64,000 bases of DNA from Planctomycetota bacterium (GTDB lineage: Bacteria > Planctomycetota > B15-G4 > JADJEK01). The notes below the pieces were generated by a model. The model worked only from the letters and a program-made list of their open reading frames with translations. It was not told where the DNA came from and did no database searches. Positions 59,698 to 64,000 of this stretch are shown piece by piece. The position numbers and the translations under genes are program-made. Position 1 is the stretch's first letter; each line of letters starts with the position of its first letter. The stretch is taken from the NCBI GenBank assembly GCA_016213895.1, contig JACQZJ010000076.1:1291-65290 (forward strand). The letters are read 5' to 3'.

Positions 59698-59859
59698 ATG
59701 CGTGAGTCACAGCGAGTCGTTCGGCGCGCGCGCCGGCTGCTCGGCCTGGCCTGGAGCGAACTGCTCGTTCCCGTGCTGGTCGCGGCCGGGCTCTTCTTCA
59801 TCGCCGTGGCCCTGATCGAGGGCTCGCCGCTTGAGCCGTTCCTGTACGCGGTGTTCTGA
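59698..59859 (+). CDS. Candidate 53-aa single-TM membrane peptide immediately downstream of the SGNH-TPR gene (not in ORF track)
   Basis: Translation gives MRESQRVVRRARRLLGLAWSELLVPVLVAAGLFFIAVALIEGSPLEPFLYAVF. The ATG lies 3 nt after the upstream TGA. The size and topology are reminiscent of DltX-like peptides. Confidence 0.35.
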   Translation: MRESQRVVRRARRLLGLAWSELLVPVLVAAGLFFIAVALIEGSPLEPFLYAVF

Positions 59860-59888
59860 GCGCGGCGCGTCCTTGCGCGGGCGCCGGG

Positions 59889-61088
59889 CTACCCCGCGCC
59901 GAACAGCGCCGCGAAGTAGGCGAGAGCCGGCTCCAGGCGGCTCGGGTCGATCGCGACCAGCACCCAGGTCAGGCACACGAAGTGGAAGGTGAGGAGGACG
60001 CAGAGGACGCGGTAGAGACGCGAAGCGGCGAGCCGCTTCTTCAGGCGGAAGCGCCGCCGCAGCCACTGCGTCCAGGCTTGGTGCAGGGAGAGGCCGGCGC
60101 CGTGCAGGAAGCCCCACGCGATCCAGCCGGCGTTCGGCCCGTGCCACAGGCCGCAGAGCGTCATGGACACGAGGGCGGCGAGATGCGGCCGCAGGCGCGA
60201 GGCCGAGCGGCCAGAGAGCGGCAGGAACAAGTAGTCGCGGATCCAGAAGGAGAGCGACAGGTGCCAGCCGCGCCAGAACTCGGCGATGCTGCCGCGCAGA
60301 TAGGGATTGTCGAAGTTCTCCGCCAGGCGGATGCCGAGCAGGCGCGCCGCGCCGATCGCCAGGTCGCTGTAGCCCGCGAAGTCGAAGTAGGCGAAGAGGG
60401 CCACGGCGTAGAGCGCGCTCCAGGCGCGCCACCAGGGTGGGCCGGGCGCATCGGGCGCGAAGGAGAGGATGGGCGCGGCCCACTGCAGCAAGATCGAGCC
60501 GAGCACCACGCGCTTCAGCAGGCCGAAGAAGATCCGCTTCACGCCTTCCCCGACGTCGGCGAGATCGGGCCGGCCGAGACGGTCGAAGGTCTCCTTGAAG
60601 TGATCGGCGCGCTCGATGGGGCCGGCGATGAGCGCCGGGAAGAACGAGTTGTAGGCCAGGAAGTCGAGGAGGCCGAAATGCAGCGTTCCTTGGCGGCGCG
60701 CGTCCAGCACGAAGTGCAGCGCGCGCAGCGTGTAGTAGGACGCGCCGATGAAGAGCACGAGGCGCGATCCAGCCAAGTTGCTGGCGCTGGCGCCGGCGCT
60801 CGCCGCGGCGAGGAACGGGAGCTTGGGCAGGAAGAGGAAGGCGAGCAGCGGAGCCGCGGCCAGCCAGAGGAGGGCCCGCGGCGCCCCGCGCGCCGCGACG
60901 CGCGCCGCGGCGAAGGCCAGGCAGGACGCCGCCAGGAAGAGCAGCGGGGCGAGCGGATGGAACAGGTAGAGGAAGGCGGCGTTGAACAGGAGCAGCAGGC
61001 CGCGCTTCGCCCTTCCGGGGAGCGGCAAGAGCAGCGCCCCGGCCGCGGCCGCCAGGAACAGGAGCGCGCCGCTGCTGATCACGTCCAC
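59889..61088 (-). CDS. MBOAT-family membrane-bound O-acyltransferase (DltB/AlgI-like)
   Basis: The protein is polytopic. It has the conserved MBOAT histidine block TLCGLWHGPNAGWIAWGF and the WRGWHLSLSFWIRDYLFLPL block. GTG/ATG start. Confidence 0.85.
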   Translation of the reverse strand: MDVISSGALLFLAAAAGALLLPLPGRAKRGLLLLFNAAFLYLFHPLAPLLFLAASCLAFAAARVAARGAPRALLWLAAAPLLAFLFLPKLPFLAAASAGASASNLAGSRLVLFIGASYYTLRALHFVLDARRQGTLHFGLLDFLAYNSFFPALIAGPIERADHFKETFDRLGRPDLADVGEGVKRIFFGLLKRVVLGSILLQWAAPILSFAPDAPGPPWWRAWSALYAVALFAYFDFAGYSDLAIGAARLLGIRLAENFDNPYLRGSIAEFWRGWHLSLSFWIRDYLFLPLSGRSASRLRPHLAALVSMTLCGLWHGPNAGWIAWGFLHGAGLSLHQAWTQWLRRRFRLKKRLAASRLYRVLCVLLTFHFVCLTWVLVAIDPSRLEPALAYFAALFGAG

Positions 61089-61094
61089 GGGCGG

Positions 61095-61364
61095 TCACCG
61101 GCGCGCGGCGATGTAGCGCACGATCTTGTCGATGGACTCGAAGCGCTCGACCGAGGCGTCGCCGTCCGGCACCCTGACGCCGTACGCGCGCTCGATCAGG
61201 AGCAGGAGCTCGGCCAGGCCGAAGGAGTCGAGGATGCCCTCTTCCGCGAGCGACTGGGAATCGGCGGGCAGGAGCGCGGGATCGCCGCCGATCTTGGCCA
61301 GGAAGTGGGCGCGCAGCGGAGCGCGGTCGACGGCGGCGGCGTCACTCATGGTCCGTTCCGGCAC
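61095..61364 (-). CDS. Small acyl/peptidyl carrier protein (DltC-like)
   Basis: At about 85 aa, it has a phosphopantetheine-site-like LDSFGLAELLLLIERAYG (DSxG + helix). It overlaps the 3' end of the ligase gene. Confidence 0.7.
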   Translation of the reverse strand: MPERTMSDAAAVDRAPLRAHFLAKIGGDPALLPADSQSLAEEGILDSFGLAELLLLIERAYGVRVPDGDASVERFESIDKIVRYIAARR

Positions 61365-63051
61365 TTCTCTTCCGCGGCTCGATCTCGTGCAGGCGGCGCA
61401 GGTTGGGGATGCGGGCGATCTTACCGCTGGAGGTCTTGTAGAGCCACTTGTGCGGCGCGACGAACACGCGCTCGCAGCGCGCGTTCAGGCGCTGGAAAAC
61501 CTGGCGCCTGACGAAGCGCACGATGTCCGCGTGCACCGCGGGGTCCTCGGATTTCGACTCGGCGATCACGATCAGCTTCTGCGTGCCCGTTTCCTCGTCC
61601 GCCACGCCGATGGCGGCCACGCGGCCGGCGACCACGGCCGGGTGCTCGGCGGCCAGATACTCGACGTCCTGCGGGTAGATGTTGTCGCCGCCGATGATGA
61701 TCAGGTCGCTCTTGCGGCCGGTGACGTAGAGGATGCCGCCGGCGCGATAGCCGAGGTCGCCGCTGAAGTACCAGCCGTCCGCCACGCGCTCGGCCGTCGC
61801 CTCCGGGTTGTTGTGGTAGCCGTGGAACAGGCACGCCGAGCGGATGGCGATCTCGCCCACGCGCCGCTCGGGCAGCTCCTGGCGGCTGTCGTCCACGATC
61901 TTGAAGGCCGTGCCGGCGAATCCGCGGCCCACGCCCAGCAGGCGCAGGGCGCGCGGGTGCTCCGGGGGCACGGGCGCGGCCTCGTGCCTCTCCTGCAGAG
62001 CGAGGCGGTCGATGCAGTCCACCTGGATCGGCTCGCGATGGCCGGCGCCGATGACCGAGTTCACCACCTCGGCCATGCCGTAGACGATGCCGAGCGCCTC
62101 GCGGCGGAAGCCGGCGCCGGCGAAGCGCGCCGCGAACATCTCATGGCTGTCGTGGAGGCACGGCTCGGCGCCGTTGCCGCACAAGCGCAGAGAGGAGAGG
62201 TCGATGCCCGCGAGCTCCTCCTCGCGCACGCGCTTGGTCATGAAGTTGAAGGCGAAGTTCGGCTGCCAGTAGACCGTCGCGCGGAAGCGCGTGATCGCCT
62301 CGAGCGCGATCGCCGGCCGGGCCACCCAGTGGACGGGCGAGATGAGCACGAACTCGGCGCCGAGCACGAGCGGGTGGATGGCGGCGCACACGAGGCCCCA
62401 GTCGTGATAGAGCGGCACCCAGGTGACGAAGACGTCGCGCGCGTCCATCTCGAAGAAGCCGCCCACGCCGGCGCACTCGGCCAGGATCGCTCGGTGCGAG
62501 AGCTCCGCCCCCTTCTGCAGGCCGGTGCTGCCGGACGAGTACTGGATGAGCGCCACGTCTTCCGGCCCGGCGGCATGCGGCTCTCCGGCCGGCGGCGCAT
62601 CCGCGTCCACCTCCTCCATGACGATGAGACGCGGCGCGAGCTCGGCGGCGCCGGCGAGCAGCCCGACCAGCTCCCGCGCCAGCTCCGCGTAGGCGATGAC
62701 CGCGTGCGGCCGCGTGCGCAGCGCCAGCGCGCGCAGGTCCTCGCGGTACTTCTCGGCGTGCAGCTTGCCCGTCGGGAAGGGCAGGAAGGCCGGGATGGCG
62801 CCGAGCCACATGGCGCCGTAGAAGGCCGGGAGCATGTCCGGGTGGTGGCGCAGGATGATGAGCACCACCTGGCCGGGGAGAGTTCCGGCCGCGGCGAGGC
62901 GCGCCGCGTACTGGCGCGTCCGGCGCTCCAGGTCCGCGTAGGTCTGCAGCGCGGGCGGGCCGTCCGGGAAGAGGTAGCGCGCGTGCGTACGTTCTGGCGT
63001 GGCGCGCGCGCGCCGGCAAAGGACGTCTATGATCGTGCGCGGTTCGGTCAT
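61342..63051 (-). CDS. AMP-dependent synthetase/ligase of the fatty-acyl-AMP ligase (FAAL)/DltA-like type
   Basis: The AMP-binding motif I is IQYSSGSTGLQKGAELSH. YGMAEV, GWYFSGDLGY and SSGKIAR (A10 lysine) are also present, at 569 aa. Confidence 0.85.
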   Translation of the reverse strand: MTEPRTIIDVLCRRARATPERTHARYLFPDGPPALQTYADLERRTRQYAARLAAAGTLPGQVVLIILRHHPDMLPAFYGAMWLGAIPAFLPFPTGKLHAEKYREDLRALALRTRPHAVIAYAELARELVGLLAGAAELAPRLIVMEEVDADAPPAGEPHAAGPEDVALIQYSSGSTGLQKGAELSHRAILAECAGVGGFFEMDARDVFVTWVPLYHDWGLVCAAIHPLVLGAEFVLISPVHWVARPAIALEAITRFRATVYWQPNFAFNFMTKRVREEELAGIDLSSLRLCGNGAEPCLHDSHEMFAARFAGAGFRREALGIVYGMAEVVNSVIGAGHREPIQVDCIDRLALQERHEAAPVPPEHPRALRLLGVGRGFAGTAFKIVDDSRQELPERRVGEIAIRSACLFHGYHNNPEATAERVADGWYFSGDLGYRAGGILYVTGRKSDLIIIGGDNIYPQDVEYLAAEHPAVVAGRVAAIGVADEETGTQKLIVIAESKSEDPAVHADIVRFVRRQVFQRLNARCERVFVAPHKWLYKTSSGKIARIPNLRRLHEIEPRKRSAGTDHE

Positions 63052-63101
63052 GCGAAACGTCTCGCGGGCCGGGCCATACAGTAGGGCTCGAGGAGGGCCG
63101 C

Positions 63102-63437
63102 ATGTCCGAGTTCCCGGAGTTCATTCGCGACCTGCCGCAGGCTGACGTTCCCATTTCCGGCGTGACCGGCCGCCTGCTGCAGGGCGAGCGGAACCAGGTG
63201 GTCTTCTTCTCCTTTGCGCGGGACGTGGCCGTGCCCGAGCACAGCCACGGCGCGCAGTGGGAGATCGTGGTCGCGGGCGAGGTGCGGCTGACGCTCCAGG
63301 GCGAGGAGCGGACCTACCGCGCGGGAGAGAGCTTCTTCGTGCCCGCGGGGGCGCAGCACAGCGCACAGGTGCGCGCCGGCTTCCGCTCCATCGCCGTCTT
63401 CGATCAGGCGGACCGCTATCGCGCTCTTCCCGCGTGA
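63102..63437 (+). CDS. Cupin-domain protein
   Basis: At 111 aa, it has a PEHSHGAQWEIVVAGEV (cupin motif 1 with His) and a GESFFVPAGAQHSAQ (motif 2). Confidence 0.75.
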   Translation: MSEFPEFIRDLPQADVPISGVTGRLLQGERNQVVFFSFARDVAVPEHSHGAQWEIVVAGEVRLTLQGEERTYRAGESFFVPAGAQHSAQVRAGFRSIAVFDQADRYRALPA

Positions 63438-63454
63438 CGCGGGCGGCGCCGCTC

Positions 63455-64000
63455 ACTTGCGGCGCAGGCAGAGCGCGGCGTTCCCCTTGTGGCGCGCCTC
63501 GCGGCCGTGCGCGAGGCCCGCGGCGCGCGCGGGCCGCTTCAGTCCCTCCATCTGGCTGGTCCCCACGGCGAGGAGGAGCAGGCCCTTGCCGTCCGCGCGC
63601 AGGGCAGCCCCGCAGGCGCTGAGCGTCGCGGCCAGGGCGCGCGGCCCTTCCTTCCACAGGAGGGGGCCTGCGATCAGGTCGTAGCCGGGGTCAAGGGCGC
63701 CGGCTGGAGCCGGGAGCCAGGGCGTCGCGGCGAGCGCGGGGGCCGGGACGAGCCGCGTCTCCTCCGTCCGTCCCCAGGCCTGCAGCGCGGCCGCGATGTT
63801 GGCGCGCGCCGCTTGCTCGGCCAGCGTGTCGCGCCCGAGCAGCGCGATCTCGGCGGGACGGCGCGTCTCGAGCAGCAGGGCCGGGAGGAAGCCGTGCTCG
63901 GGATTGAAGGCCAGGATGCGCTCGCCTCCCGCGGCCGGAGCGAGCGCCTGCGCTGCGAGGCGCGCCAGGAGGGGCGTGCGATGGTGGGGGGAATCGAACT
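63455..64000 (-). CDS. Partial CDS (3' end in window): possible small-domain SAM methyltransferase-like protein
   Basis: Manual minus-strand translation ending ...GKGLLLLAVGTSQMEGLKRPARAAGLAHGREARHKGNAALCLRRK* is coherent over about 180 codons. The match to a family is tentative. Confidence 0.35.

Overview
This is a 64 kb segment of a high-GC (about 70%) bacterial chromosome. The gene content (a Ser/Thr kinase fused to an FGE/sulfatase-modifying domain, two ECF-type sigma factors, giant CarboxypepD_reg- and FG-GAP-repeat secreted proteins, a tricorn-like protease) suggests a Myxococcota-like or similar soil lineage; that placement is inference only. I can support about 50 protein-coding genes. 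I see no rRNA, tRNA, CRISPR array or obvious IS/transposase. Many of the long ORFs in the supplied track are Arg/Ala/Gly-rich GC-bias artefacts antisense to real genes; I ignored those.

Recognisable genes and regions:
- A PLP-dependent group II decarboxylase, downstream of a VIT-vWA protein with terpene-cyclase-like QW repeats. That protein's reading frame continues through a single in-frame TAG.
- A cell-envelope region holding an SGNH hydrolase, a YfhO-like membrane protein (frameshifted) and a NodB polysaccharide deacetylase.
- A divergent ECF-like sigma operon ending in a 1086-aa CarboxypepD_reg-repeat membrane protein.
- A very unusual secreted repeat protein: 22 copies of a SRSFGGS heptad encoded by 21-bp tandem repeats, then a (DV)n acidic tract, a His/Tyr/Trp-rich block, and a TPR domain.
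- A UPF0175/DUF3368 toxin-antitoxin-like pair.
- A NUDIX hydrolase, an RNase-H-like exonuclease, and a tricorn-like protease frameshifted inside a K/E-rich linker.
- hemN.
- A lower-GC pair of secreted proteins, one carrying an HExxH motif.
- A compact FAS-II-like tailoring cluster (FabG, ACP, three hot-dog proteins, a KAS, a CrtI-like FAD oxidoreductase), with a GT2-LPLAT-methyltransferase triple fusion nearby; the whole is reminiscent of aryl-polyene or xanthomonadin-type lipid/pigment loci.
- An RND efflux pair (MFP-RND, GTGA start/stop overlap) divergent from an ECF sigma plus STPK-FGE operon.
- A Dlt-like acyl-transfer module at the 3' end (fatty-acyl-AMP ligase, carrier protein, MBOAT, convergent SGNH-TPR protein, 53-aa membrane peptide).

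Non-coding signals: a roughly 60-bp conserved element present three times (one copy carries a perfect GATGCAC-N8-GTGCATC palindrome), tandem 65-bp repeats in a divergent promoter region, a duplicated gene 5'-end fragment, and a strong intra-operon hairpin.
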